A stretch of DNA of 63,974 nucleotides, filler included, from Trypethelium eluteriae (lineage: Eukaryota), in the NCBI GenBank assembly GCA_051942245.1. It is 4 parts of 4 records of this genome, joined end to end, with 100 filler letters (N's around TTAATTAATTAA, not from the genome) between each part and the next. Parts side by side here need not be neighbours in the genome. Positions count along the whole stretch, not along the records: positions 1 to 16,567 come from JAVECL010000616.1; positions 16,668 to 33,225 come from JAVECL010000617.1; 2 more parts are not named here. One strand, 5' to 3'. How positions within the stretch are numbered: position 1 is the stretch's first letter; each line of letters opens with the position of its first letter. Shown piece after piece: positions 11,272-24,184 of this stretch. The notes beneath the pieces are model-generated. The model was given only the letters and a program-made list of their open reading frames with translations. It did no database searches and was not told the origin of the DNA. The position numbers were made by a program, and so were the translations under genes.

Positions 11272-13843
11272 TGTAACTTCGAGGGGAGCTGACGAGTTTG
11301 GACAATAAAATGAGAACTGGAATGGACCTGCCCAGTGAATGATACCGGTCTTAAATATCCTCCATATTCTTGGGTCGGATGGTAGCAGCTGTAGTTTGTT
11401 GGCTTGGTCTATTTTGCCACCTCCTCAAAAGGGACCATAGACGTTTATTTTACGTATAGAAAGAGTCACAGGGCAGTATCAAGCGTTGGGGGCAAGCTGA
11501 AGCAATAGGCGTTGAGGCGATTGAATCATATGAAGCTCAGGTTCCTGATCTGGAAGTCGGTATAGGTAGGCATTGCGTTTTCTGCCTCTCCTCTAACACC
11601 CTGCATTAGTGCATCAATCTTGTACATCGAGCAAACTCTCGGGCAAGCCGATAGCATGATGTACCAATGATGCAACGATATAGTTGCACTCGTCCCAGTT
11701 ATTATGCAAATGAGTAGTCAAGTGAGCTAAGGGACGTCAGTAACGCGTTATCTGTGAACGTGCTGAGCAGGGAAGCAGCCGTGCCTAGTCAGTTTGACCA
11801 CTTGAAATCGTGCCAAAGCAAGGGTACCCATGGTCCATTACACAAGAGTACTCCAACTTCCTTTTCTCGAGGGAGATAGATCAACGTCTCAAGATATGTG
11901 TACCTCAAGGTGAGAGTTTGAGCATGTGACGGTACTTCGTAGCTAGTTTTGTGAATATTATCCTTTCACTGATTAGGCAGTCTTCATAGGGCATCCGAAG
12001 CCAGCCCGTGCGTAGTACTCAGACGCACACTACCTACTGTGTTCGTTCTGTTAGATCTCGAGGCAATTTGCTACAGATAAGGATGTCTATCGTAATTGAA
12101 CATGGTGGCTACTTCGGTCAGAGTATCGTTCAGCTGCTTGCTGTCCAGAGATAGCATTCTTTCTGGTGGCCCAATAAGACTTTCGGCGCATATTACCGGA
12201 AATAACCTCCAAAAGCTGCCAAGAAAGCTTGTGACTTTAGGTTTGGTCGAATGAAGGCCGCAAATCAGATCAGTACCGTCATAACGTTGGTGGCAACCGC
12301 AGCGCCCTAATGTGATGTGTCTGAGCCTGCCCAACTCTTTTGGCGACCACCGCAGATCGTTTGAGAGTACAGTCGATCCAGGCCCGATATCTCCCAGATG
12401 TAGGTCCTCGTTGCCATGCTTCGGCCGTGGGCGTGGGTGTCATTGTAGGCCCACTGTACCTGCGGATGCGCCAACGGCAGAACTCGCCATTTCCTCATTC
12501 AACATGAGATCAGGATACGATATTGTGATTGCAGCTGGGATTTTTCGTGGTGGCTGAAGCAATGCGCAACGAGAGCGGTGGATCAAAGTCTTGTGGAACC
12601 CGAGGTCAACAACCTATGCACGGAGGTCCTCATAATGATGATCTGCTTCCCAACAAATATTCTGCAGATATTGTGGGAATCTGGAAGGAATATCAGCTAG
12701 ATCGACAGCCCATGAAGCATCTGAGAGCTGAAGTCTTGCAATCGAATTGCCTGTCTCGAAGGACATTGCTGCTCTGGCCGGAGCTGCATAATTTGACAAG
12801 TCCACATCTCTGCTTACGTCTGGCGGAGCTGCAACCGTCATTGCAATGGAATCACTTCACAGACTCTTGGTGTGACTGGGAACCTCATCAATTCATTGAT
12901 AGTCTTTCACAAAACGGGACCTATACTGGCAAGCTTTGTCTGCATTCCATCAGTCATGCAGAGTTCCTAGCCGAATCAGGATAGTACCGGGTCAACTGTT
13001 CAGCAGTAGGACACATGCTCTCATAAGACCGGTCTTCCATTTTATTCCGTCGCACACTAGGCGCTTGCTTGAGTTGTCACAGGTGGCGATGGAGGTGTTA
13101 GCAAAGCGATCTTTCTGTTTCATTTTTTTTCCAAACGTGCTGCTGATGGAAGAGCAGTCCAAGAAAGCATCGTCTCCTCACCATAAGCTGAAGACTCGCG
13201 TCGCGCCAGACTCTGTGTGACCTTTATATCTCAATCTTGGACGTGCCATTTGAAGGCGGCAAACTGTTGGCATGGCCACCCAATCCTTCGAGGCAGCCCC
13301 TTTTGAGTTTACGCATGCCAAGTCTCTGAAGATGCACAAATACTCGACACAGCAAAACCTCAGAAACTTAGATGGCAGCATCCACTTTTGGACCTGACGC
13401 AGACATGGAGGTGGACGATGACGTTGTTTACACCTTCATTGCCAAGATGGGTTGAAGCTTCGCTACTAGACTAAAAAGGGCAATCCAAGCCACCGCCTCA
13501 ACTTCGGTTTAATCAGTGCTCAGGCACATCAGGCTGCCACGGCTACTCAGCTACACAAATCGAGCGGAATTTCTGCGCAGCTAATGCGCGATGAAGCTTG
13601 CACTCGATATGTCATGTACTATGTAGTCCGAATTGAGCTCGATAGGCGTCGAGGCTTCGTCGAGCTGGGACGGTAGTGCACAGACTATCGTAGTTCCTGA
13701 GGCTATGTACGCGTTAGAAAGGCCGGAATGCTACACCGCTCTACCACGACAATGATTCTTGAAGCCCAGGTCCTGCTGGTGAAGTCAATCTGAAACGAAG
13801 ACTTTCTCTACGGACTCTGAGAGGCAGCAAACGTGAATCACTG

Positions 13844-15430
13844 ATGGCGAAAGTGGAGGGCGAGCCTCGTCGCCTTGCAACGGTCTTGAGATGTACAAGA
13901 TGTCGTGTGGATAAACAGAAGGTACTGCTTCCTCTGCAAGACGGCACATAACATAAGAGCTGATCCGTACCCAGTGTGTACCCGAGGGAAGACAGTGGCC
14001 GCAGAAATGTAATCGTTGTACAAAGTCTGGACACGATTGCAGTCCGGGTCGCCCCTCACGGCGTGGACAGCAACAGTCTTTTCGTCAACCCGAGCCTTGG
14101 AATGAAGGAACGGCCGCTGGGGAAAGCAATACCGAGTCTGAATATTTGTCAGTCCGCCGAGACTCGATAATCAGTCAAGAAGCGACCTATTCGCAACTCA
14201 ACGAGGGCGTGTCACTCCAGGTTCCTAGTCTAGGTCCCTCAGAGGCTTCCGCGTACATGGTCAACCAACGACAATGCATCGAGCTGCAATTGACTTCTGA
14301 AAATGCAGGATCTGGTAGCTGGCAGCAGTCTTCGGACTCCTTCGCGTGCGCCTCGGACTGGCAAGCTATCAATGTATCCCAGCTGATTGATGAGCATGAC
14401 GCAGCTCAAGGTTGGAGAATAGGGGAGGAGTACGAAATGAATATTCCGCAACGAGCGTTTGACGATGCACACATTCCACAGGGTCGAGCCTTAGCTTCAA
14501 TACTTGGTAATTCGACGGGCCAGGCCACACAGATCATACCACCTGGAACCACGATACACCCTCAAATGCCTTCCAGTCTCATTCTCATAGAGCCTTCCAA
14601 TCACCGTGTGCAGAACAAGATGATCTATTGGATGGACAAGCGGATGGAACAACTTTGGGGTAATTACAAGACTTTTGCTAACACAAAGAAGGTTTCCGAG
14701 TTGTTCAGCTGGACTGTGTCGGAATTTTTTAGTATTTCTTGCAGACAGATGGCGTGGGATGTACGAAACGTCCCGATCCTAGAATTTTTTAGTCTAGCAC
14801 TGATCTTGATCATAGTACGCCGTTGTGTGGGAGGCTTTGTATGCATGCGGTGCTGCTGACGCGTTAATGAACGAAAGGCTACCCAGGGACCTTCACCGCG
14901 AATACGAGGATGCTTACAATATTCACGATTTCAGGGCGCGCAACTTAATCATGAACGCTATCGATGAAGTCAATGAGAAATTGGCTAGACGCGCGCGTCC
15001 AGACGTCTTGCCTCTGTACTATGCCGCCTTTCTTCTGCATGCCTCTGGTGTAAGCTTTCCGGTCTTTGTACTCGTCTGTGGAAGTGTGCTGATGAGGTGG
15101 TTGTGCAGGCTTGCACGAGAGGCGGTTTTGATCTTACTGCGGCATTGAGCGCGTTCAATGAACTCGACAAATACACTGCTTCATTCCCGCTTCGAATTAA
15201 AGTGATTCGCCTGTCTGATAATGATTGGACAGTCCGCATGCTCGTAAGTGCATACATATTGGCAAACATGAAAGGACGCGCTTAGCATGCTATGGCTTGC
15301 AAATAGACCCGAGGACGCAGGCATGAAAATACATCGAAGTTCCTGCATCCTTGGAAAAGCGAGACTTAAGTACGATGGAACGGAAGAGCCTCCTCAAAGT
15401 TTGAGCGCAGGCACCAAGGAGATGTTCTAA
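13844..15430 (+). CDS. Zn(II)2Cys6 transcription factor (3' end uncertain)
   Basis: Exon 13844-13921, then intron 13922-13974, gives CTRCRVDKQK|CVPEGRQWPQKCNRCTKSGHDC (C-x2-C-x6-C-x10-C-x2-C-x6-C). This continues in frame into ORF 14146-14859, with further GT-AG introns at ~14761-14815 and ~15050-15108. The last exon is unresolved. Confidence 0.75.
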
Positions 15431-16263
15431 GTCTTCCACCGCGACCGCACGCTGAATTGACGACAACTCATCTGGCCACTGGCTAATGTTTGTGGGACTG
15501 GGAGGTCGCCATATAAGTTCCCTTTCAATATACCTATACTGCCTTCGCGAATTTTTGGGCAAGACGGTATTCGAGCGCGGATCCATTTCCTGGCCCAACG
15601 CCCCGTTTCAGAGATCTTCCGATCTGGTTATGGACTGATAAACTTGGCTGCCGCACGTAAGCCCGGTGAATTTCGCACATAGCTGTCATCTTGTCTGGCC
15701 GTTTAAGGAAATTCTTTATGGTGTACCGAAGGCCGATATGAACTACACAGTGATTGCGGTTTTTCTGCCACACGTTCTTTTTGGGATGGTTGTTTGATGG
15801 TGGTCACCCCAGCTCCGAGGTCTGGAAATTGTTCTGTCCCAAGAATATGAACCGAGCATTGACAGCGAGCAATGGCACCAGACTTTGGAGTCTACTCTCA
15901 TGGCGAGGCACTCCCACAAAGACCGACTAAATGTGGATCATAGGTTCCAGGTGACGACCAAAGAGGAGACGGTGAGCTGTCCCAGAATGACGATGACAAT
16001 AAACTTTTCGTAGCCCTGCTTTCATTCTTAACGATCTCAATAGAAGTTCTTTGCAAATAAGTAAAATAGTGTCATCGTCTTTGAACTTGTCGTGCGTTCA
16101 CGTCAGCTAGAGTATAAATCACTTCAAGATTCGTGTACGACAATGGAGGGAGAAGGACTAGAGTAGCGCAGCAACTTCACGTGCCCGCTTAGACACTATA
16201 TTGCAACAGTGTATGCAGCTGCCATGGTGACCTGCAGTCTGCAACTCGGAGTATCCAGTCTAC

Positions 16264-16326
16264 AATTCGCTATTCGCTGTTCGCCTTTCGCCGTTCGCCG
16301 TTCGCAAATCGCAATTCGCAGTTCGG
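16264..16326. repeat. Degenerate 7-bp tandem repeat (NNTTCGC) x9
   Basis: aattcgc tattcgc tgttcgc ctttcgc cgttcgc cgttcgc aaatcgc aattcgc agttcgg. Confidence 0.85.
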
Positions 16327-16567
16327 GAACGCCTCAGGTTCTGATGATCACGTGTATCGTACACCTACGCATACCCTTACCGTAGTGGTACCTACCTGGT
16401 AGATCATGTTTCAGTCGTTACTCCACGGAGAACCTTTATCTACCTAACCTAAGAGCGGATTATACAAAGGAAAAACTCGATTGATTTGACCTATTGGAAG
16501 CGTCACAAGCCCGACGCCTGCAGCAGGCAGGAAACGCGCCCGCCACGTGAGCGTAGCCACGTACGAG

Positions 16568-16667
16568 NNNNNNNNNNNNNNNNNNNNNNNNNNNNNNNNN
16601 NNNNNNNNNNNTTAATTAATTAANNNNNNNNNNNNNNNNNNNNNNNNNNNNNNNNNNNNNNNNNNNN
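16568..16667. other. Artificial contig-joining spacer (44 N + TTAATTAATTAA + 44 N)
   Basis: Seen directly. The linker places stops in all six frames. Confidence 0.98.
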
Positions 16668-16858
16668 GGAGTGGAGGTAGAGGTCGGAGAGGCGAGGGTT
16701 TGCGAGAATTGGGCGGTTAGGGCGAGGAGGGTGGTGGTGAGGTCGATGAGGGCGACGAGAGGGTCGGGGCTGGAGGTGGACAAGGCCATGGTGGCGGGAG
16801 AGGACTCGTTGGAGGCGTTTTGCTTGGGCGTTGAGGTCGTCGTCGTCGTCTTTGGCAT
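16668..16858 (-). CDS. 5' fragment of a gene truncated by the contig end (possibly a GCIP/cyclin-D-interacting domain protein)
   Basis: The ORF runs into the gap and has C-biased codons. DPLVALIDLTTTLLALTAQF only weakly suggests the family. Confidence 0.35.
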
Positions 16859-17195
16859 GGTTGGGGGGGAATATTTAGCCCTCGTTTCCCCCGCAATCGT
16901 GGAATCTGATCAGAAGCAATATCCCAACCTTGAGTGAAATTTAGAGCAAACAAAGCGTACGGAGTAAAGATACAGAGGTACATCGGGAGATCCTCGGACA
17001 GGGGAAAAAGGCTAGTCACCCTAGTGTTTACATGGATTAAGTTATCGTCAATCTAAGTTTAGTGTAGAGGACCCTGATGAAATCATTCCCCGTTTCATGA
17101 TAGACTATGCCATATTACTCTTGTGATAATCCTAGGATGGGCCTTGGAGGTGGTATCAAATTCGCTTGGACTAGAAATAATTTCCTAACCTTTCC

Positions 17196-18129
17196 CTATT
17201 CCTTGGATGGAATCGATATCCCAAGAAAAAATGCTGGGTCGTTGATGTCACGATGTCGATAACTAGAAATATGGTTAGTCGTTTTGACAGCCTTGGGCCC
17301 TTTGTCCACAATTCAGCAATACGGACCTCAGGACTCCTATAGCGCCTGGAGACATCATCATTGGCAATGGTGTTTCCATAGAGTACTTCAGCCACCGTTT
17401 TGCGAAGGCGCGGAGAATGTGGCCATGGGCGACCTATGCATGGACCATCAGCTCGACTGTAAGACACAAATTCTAGAAGCAAGGATGTACCAGAATAACA
17501 TCCGCAGGCTTTTCGCCATCCATACATGGCCTTTGTATTTCCTGGATATCTGAAATCAAATTATCTAAGCGCTCCGTTACCTGCTGTGCAGACCTGATGG
17601 GAGGAGATATTGGCAGTACCGAGGATAGATCTTCCCCGAAAAGTTAACCTACTCTCCACACTCACAGCCGTCTTGCCAGATATTCCACGCTGAATGCACA
17701 TCGAGTCCTTTCCGCTTCCTTCCCTCCCTTATCTCACTTTCTACTAGCCCTTCGTATTCACCATAATTCCATTCAGCTATGTCCTCTGTTGTCGTAACCT
17801 TTTCAGCCTTGCGCAATGTGTCGATATGGCTACCGAAAAGTAATTCTAGTGTTGTCTGCGCCCTTTTGCGCGGACTCACCCAGATGTGAGCGAGGCGAGA
17901 TGGATCAATGAGTCTACCAGGGCCGACAAGATGAGCTCCTGTGCTCGAAACTTGCTCGACGCCGATCGGAGTGAGTTCGATGTCGGTAGTTCCTGTGTAG
18001 CGACCAATCTTGGCCCATTCTGTCTCTCCTACGAACTACTTCAACTATGTTGAAAGTATAGGCAGAGCAATACTCACCATGGCGGGCAAGAAAGACGCGA
18101 GGCGTTGACGCATCGAGATCGGACATCAT
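17196..18129 (-). CDS. Histidine phosphatase (phosphoglycerate-mutase family), Shb17/sedoheptulose-bisphosphatase-like
   Basis: Spliced model: TPRVFLARHG|ETEWAKIGRYTGTTD..VSPRKRAQTT..EWNYGEYEG..GCECGE|SAQQVTER..|VAHGHILRAFAKRW..|SYRHRDINDPAF. All junctions are GT-AG and in frame. Confidence 0.88.
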
Positions 18130-18605
18130 CCACGGTGCCGGAAAGCTTGGCTGAAGATTGTAGCCGGCTCGTGTCAGCTTATTGCGGGCAGGGCGGCCCG
18201 ACGTACGACAGCTTTGTTTGCTTGATTTTATTTTTGTGTACAAGCCTGAGCAACGAAATTTATCCTGTCTACACTTCTTGTTATCTATCTAACTATTCTA
18301 AATGTCATCAAGATTCTATGCCCCACGTCCACTATAGTACATGATTTGCTCGGTGCCATTCAAACTTCCCCGTCTCATGTAGTATCCAAAAGGAAAAAAG
18401 TTCCCTAGATTCCGCCGAATGTGGGTGATGAAAGATCGTAAGAAGGGTATCTAAATGCAGAAACCATTCTCAACGCCAATCCCAATGTCTAGTAATCTTA
18501 CAGGTCATCCAAAAGGTAAGACAGGAACGCAAAGCTTCAGAAGAAAGAAATAAAAAAGTAGTAGATTGGAAAGGGGAACCCAGTGCGCAATGCTTCTCTG
18601 CAGAT

Positions 18606-19533
18606 CTATTCAGGCAAGAAATGACTGAAATGGCCCGGCACTCTCGTCTGGCATTTGATGCAGTCCGATCGGTAACCCATCGCGAAGCGCTTCTTTTCCG
18701 TGAAGGCTCCACTCCGAGCCCTTCCGGATCGGATGCCCGGCGACCTCGGCTCTGGACCCGGACAATCCATCTCCATCTCCTCATCCTCATCGTGCACGCC
18801 AAGCTTTGAAAACTGGTTGGCGGTGAGACGAGCAGGAGAGTTAAGGTCTTCTTTGATAGGAGAAGGCAAAGGCCTGTCACTCTCGAGTCGAAGACGGTTG
18901 ATATGGATGGGATTGAGAGGAGCTGGCTTTGATGAGATACCCAAGCCCTTTGGCGGAGCACCTGGAGAGTCCATGTTGAAGGTGCTATAAATGGGGGTTG
19001 GAATCCGACCACCGAGCTGATTGCAATCATTTGCTGATGGGCAGTGAGGAAGTGATGGGCGAGACAGCGGAAGAGTAGGACGTGCCCACGGGCGAGGGGA
19101 TTGAGGCGGCTGAGAGCCAGCAATCTCGACATCGCTATCGTTGTCGTCGTCGTCCATCTCCAGGTCTGGTAGGTCGCCAGAGCCAGACGGCGAAGGAGGC
19201 GAACGCCATCCGCGTGGGAATGCCAAAGATTCGGTAGGCATTGACGACTCGTGTTCTCCTCTTGCAAGCATGGGAGTCATCATGTCATCTGCACCGGGAG
19301 TCACCGTCAGGTGAGACTCTGGAGAGGCCGAGAAACGAAAGGGAAGTGTCTCGGATGCATTGTATGGAGCATCTTGGTTGAACAGCTGCAGACGGAGTTT
19401 CTGTGCCAAGAGCAATGAGTATCACGTATGGCTAGGTTTTTCAGGAGCTGAAGACATTGGGCCTTACCTTGCCAGGTTCTTGGAGCCCAAATGAGCATTC
19501 CTCAAAGTCGCTATGACCTCGCTTTCCAAGCAT
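18606..19533 (-). CDS. Uncharacterised fungal protein, Pro/Ser-rich, with C-terminal MGYRSDCIKCQTRVPGHFSHF motif
   Basis: Exon 1 MLGKRGHSDFEE..GK|gtaagg precedes ORF 18606-19415. Mostly low-complexity sequence with a compact Cys/His tail. Confidence 0.7.
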
Positions 19534-20012
19534 AGTGAGAAAGATAGTATGGAGTTTTCCGACTCGAGAGATTTAGAGAAGAGACTGGAAGTGGTTCAGA
19601 AGTGTCGGAGTTGATTAAAGCAAACGAACTCGATGCCTAGGGACGTGGTCCGGTTCTTCTATGTCCAGGCCTGTTACCTAGTCGCATCGAAAGAAATTCT
19701 TAGCGTGTAGGAGGTGCGGGGAGGACGTGGGAGAGGCGGTTTCAGGGGACACAGGCTCTCACGCTCGCCGCATCATTGCCGGTAGGAAGCAGGGGCTCTA
19801 AGGATTCCGCCAGTTGGATTGCGGCATCTGGACCAGGCTTATATTGGCAAAAGAGATATAAGCATAGAATTAAGCTTGTGGAAGGAGATGCTGAAGATGG
19901 AAGTGGTAGGTGCCGAGTTCGGAGTAGGGGAGGTCCCTGGCGGAGAGCGGACGGGAAAGTGAGCTGTGTGACGTTGGCCTAGAACTGGAGATTGGCGGTG
20001 GCAGGACGAGAG

Positions 20013-20018
20013 TGACTC
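20013..20018 (+). promoter_or_regulatory. Candidate Gcn4/CpcA response element (TGACTC) ~320 bp upstream of DAHP synthase
   Basis: agTGACTCtt. Fungal DAHP synthase genes are known general-amino-acid-control targets, but a single hexamer can occur by chance. Confidence 0.35.
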
Positions 20019-20336
20019 TTAGTAGAGAATATTAGTACCTAAGGAATTGCATCTCTGTGCATTTGGCTGCTGCCGCTCTCCCTCGCTGTCGACGTGATTC
20101 TCGCTTCACTTGCCGCTCACACGTCTGACATCTCTTTTTCCCCTCAGACACGAGTGTAGAGGAGAGAGACTTACCCAGTCGCATCGACTCTGCGACATTC
20201 GCACCGGCGTCCCAAACCCCGGTCCCTGAAGGCCCGCACAGAAGCTGTCTCGACTCTTCAAACAGCGATCGCGCATTGCGCCCCAGCCCACCAGAGCCCA
20301 GTCCTTCTTGCCCTTTACTTTTTTTTCCGCGCAATC

Positions 20337-21604
<1,268 letters not shown>

Positions 21605-21788
21605 GTACAGGTAAGGATGATATAAAAGTTTTTGCTTCTTGTTCATCATGGTAGACAACGACAACTTGCTTTAGCCAAATGCTAGACTTTCTGCGAGAAT
21701 AGCTGGGTATCTTAAATGAATCTACGACCCTCCATCTGTTACTCAACTCTTTTCACCACGTGCCATCCTCTCCGCTGCTACTATGCAA

Positions 21789-22438
21789 TCAAACAGGCAA
21801 CTCAGCGTTTCTCCGTCCGCCACTCACCCTCTCCAATGCCTGAGCAATGTACGGTCCGATGATAGGAATATTTGCCGCGAAGCCCGCGATCGTGGCTAGA
21901 AAGTCTCCGAATAGCACCATAATGCCATACAGTTCAACGACAAAACCTACGAGCGGCCATCTAAGGAGGATGAGGAGGATTCCTGCTGCGAAGGCGGCCG
22001 TGCCTTTGAGCTTCTCGCGCCGCGCAAAAAATTTGACGGTCTTCTGAAGACCAATGATTATTGTAAGGCCAATGAGGAAGAGAATCTAGAAGTCAGGGTA
22101 AGATAAAGGCGCTTTAATGGGAAAGGGCTCGTCGTGGCGCACATTTCCCATGGCAAGCCTAGAGGACAGTTAGATGTGCCGTGGTGAACCGAATGAAACG
22201 ACTAGTCATACATGGCTCTGTCAAAGAATAGAAGTACACCTCCAATTAAGAAAAACCCTCCTGTCCAAGCGTATTAGGTTCTGCTCTTTCTTTTTACGCA
22301 AACTTGCTGGAATCGTACCCACCGCCAGAACAGAAAGCGACCCCAACCTCTGCGATTGAAGTCAGCGCCCAATCCTCTTTAGAATGCCCATCCTTTTTCC
22401 CACGTACTCTGCGTATCTGACAACCACATGGTCGGCAT
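21789..22438 (-). CDS. GOT1: Got1/Sft2-family Golgi transport membrane protein
   Basis: Five exons including a 16-nt micro-exon (22143-22158): MPTMWLSDTQK|VGVAFCSGGGFFLIGGVLLFFDRAMLAMGNILFLIGL...RRNAELPV. Missed by the ORF track. Confidence 0.88.
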
Positions 22439-23596
22439 CTTGTACGGTTACCGCGATTCGAGAAAAGCTTCCCCTCGGAAGAAAACGGTTCGTATTCGCT
22501 CTTGCGCGCGCAGAACAGGGAAAAAGTGTATGTAGCGTTTTCAAAGTGAAAGAAGAAAGAGTGACAAGAGTCGGAAAGCAGGCAGCGAAGAAGACAGATG
22601 CGTACGGACCGCCGCGGCGTGGCCAAAGGCGTCAGGCAAAGACAAATGCGATGCGTCGCGTACCTATTAATTACAGGCTGAGCCTTCTAAATTCGCGGCC
22701 GCATCAGGGGTCTCACCGACATGGCCTGGGTCGGCGATTTGGCTGACACTTGTGGGCAGGTTTGCGTCGAGGAGGGTTTGGACTTCCGCACGGAAATCTT
22801 CACGTCCACTACAGCGTCACAGGGAAATGACTGAGCAGGCTTCCTCTTCATAAAAGGGGACATGCCAAATACGTTTATGACCAAGATCTACACGACTTCT
22901 TATTAGCATCTTCAGGGACTGGAGTGCACAGACGTTCGAGTGGAAGTAAACGTTTCCATTCATATGTCACTCCCAATGCTCCTTTACAAAAAAGTCCCGG
23001 ATATATGGACAAATTCACAACTTTTTCGCGAGATCAAATTCACACATTTAGATATACTGTATACACTTCTATTCAGGTTGGATATCTTCATAGAAGTCCA
23101 AACGTTCCAACATCTATCAACCCGCCTGGACGACGACTCTCATTCGAGGCTCGTAACTGATCCCGCAATCCTCTATGCGGCATCGGTACCCCGTCAAAAT
23201 GGCGAAGATCAAACACGATCTCGATTAAGCCGGAGTGTCTTCTTGAGCTTTGTTCCGAGAGGGACTTGGTGGGTGGAAGGGACTTGACTTTGAAGGTCGG
23301 ACAATTCTCGTTATAGATCGGTAAATGAAGTAGTGATACTGACACCACTATTGCTTTTCCGTCTTTTTGGTAATATGATACGAGTCAATGATAGCGTCTT
23401 TGCAATGGCTTGAGTGTGGTTTTCGGACGCTCGTTGCTCTCGCAGTCGACGCTCCATTAGATGCATTTCCACATGGCTTTTTCCACCGAGACCCCCCCCC
23501 CCCAAATTCTATGTCTCTTGACCACGTAGAAGCCAATGGTGCCTGTCCCACCTTTTTCCTAACATCCTTGCTTGATGATTTCAACGTGACCAACCC

Positions 23597-24184
23597 TCAT
23601 TTCAACACCGTATGTGCTCCCCTCGCCGCCAAAAAATCCTCCGTCGCATTCTGCGGCAACGTCCGAATCAGCGCAAAGATCTCCTTGTCATGATACCTCA
23701 GCCTTGTCTTCGGATCTGTATACGGCGCCGACAGTCCCGTGATGTCACAGTAACGTTGCTGGCTCGAAGGGTGCAGCGACGGCGCCGACTCGATGTTCGT
23801 GTATGTTGCGGCGGGTCCGTTGTTACCGCTGCTACTTGAGACATTATTGTTGTTGTGACTCGCCAGACTCTTCTCAAGCACCATGGTCGAGAGGTTCTGG
23901 GCGGCTTGCGCGATATTGGTGGGTGCTGCGGCGCCGTTCATGTCGTCGGCGCCGGGGGTGGAGGCTGGAGGAAGAGGAGTAGAGATGCCGCTGTTGTTTT
24001 GGGTGGCCATGACGGAGGCCTCTTTTCGCGTGGCTTCCGAGATGATTTGTTTGACGTTTTTGTTGCGGCGCTGAGGGGGCTTCCAATTGGGATTGCGGAA
24101 TGGTTTGCGTACTTTGAAGAGGTCTAGCTGGTCGAGGAGGGCTTGGTGGTTTGACTCGTCGGACGCTTGAGTGATTGGAGCCAT
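23597..24184 (-). CDS. IES6: INO80 complex subunit Ies6 (YL1-C domain)
   Basis: KPFRNPNW..RNKNVKQII, TYTNIESAPS and YCDITGLSAPYTDPKTRLRYH. Confidence 0.9.
   Translation of the reverse strand: MAPITQASDESNHQALLDQLDLFKVRKPFRNPNWKPPQRRNKNVKQIISEATRKEASVMATQNNSGISTPLPPASTPGADDMNGAAAPTNIAQAAQNLSTMVLEKSLASHNNNNVSSSSGNNGPAATYTNIESAPSLHPSSQQRYCDITGLSAPYTDPKTRLRYHDKEIFALIRTLPQNATEDFLAARGAHTVLK

Noticed and set aside
16612..16623. TTAATTAATTAA repeated three times at regular spacing
   Set aside because: It is an assembly linker embedded in Ns, not a biological repeat, CRISPR array or piggyBac site.
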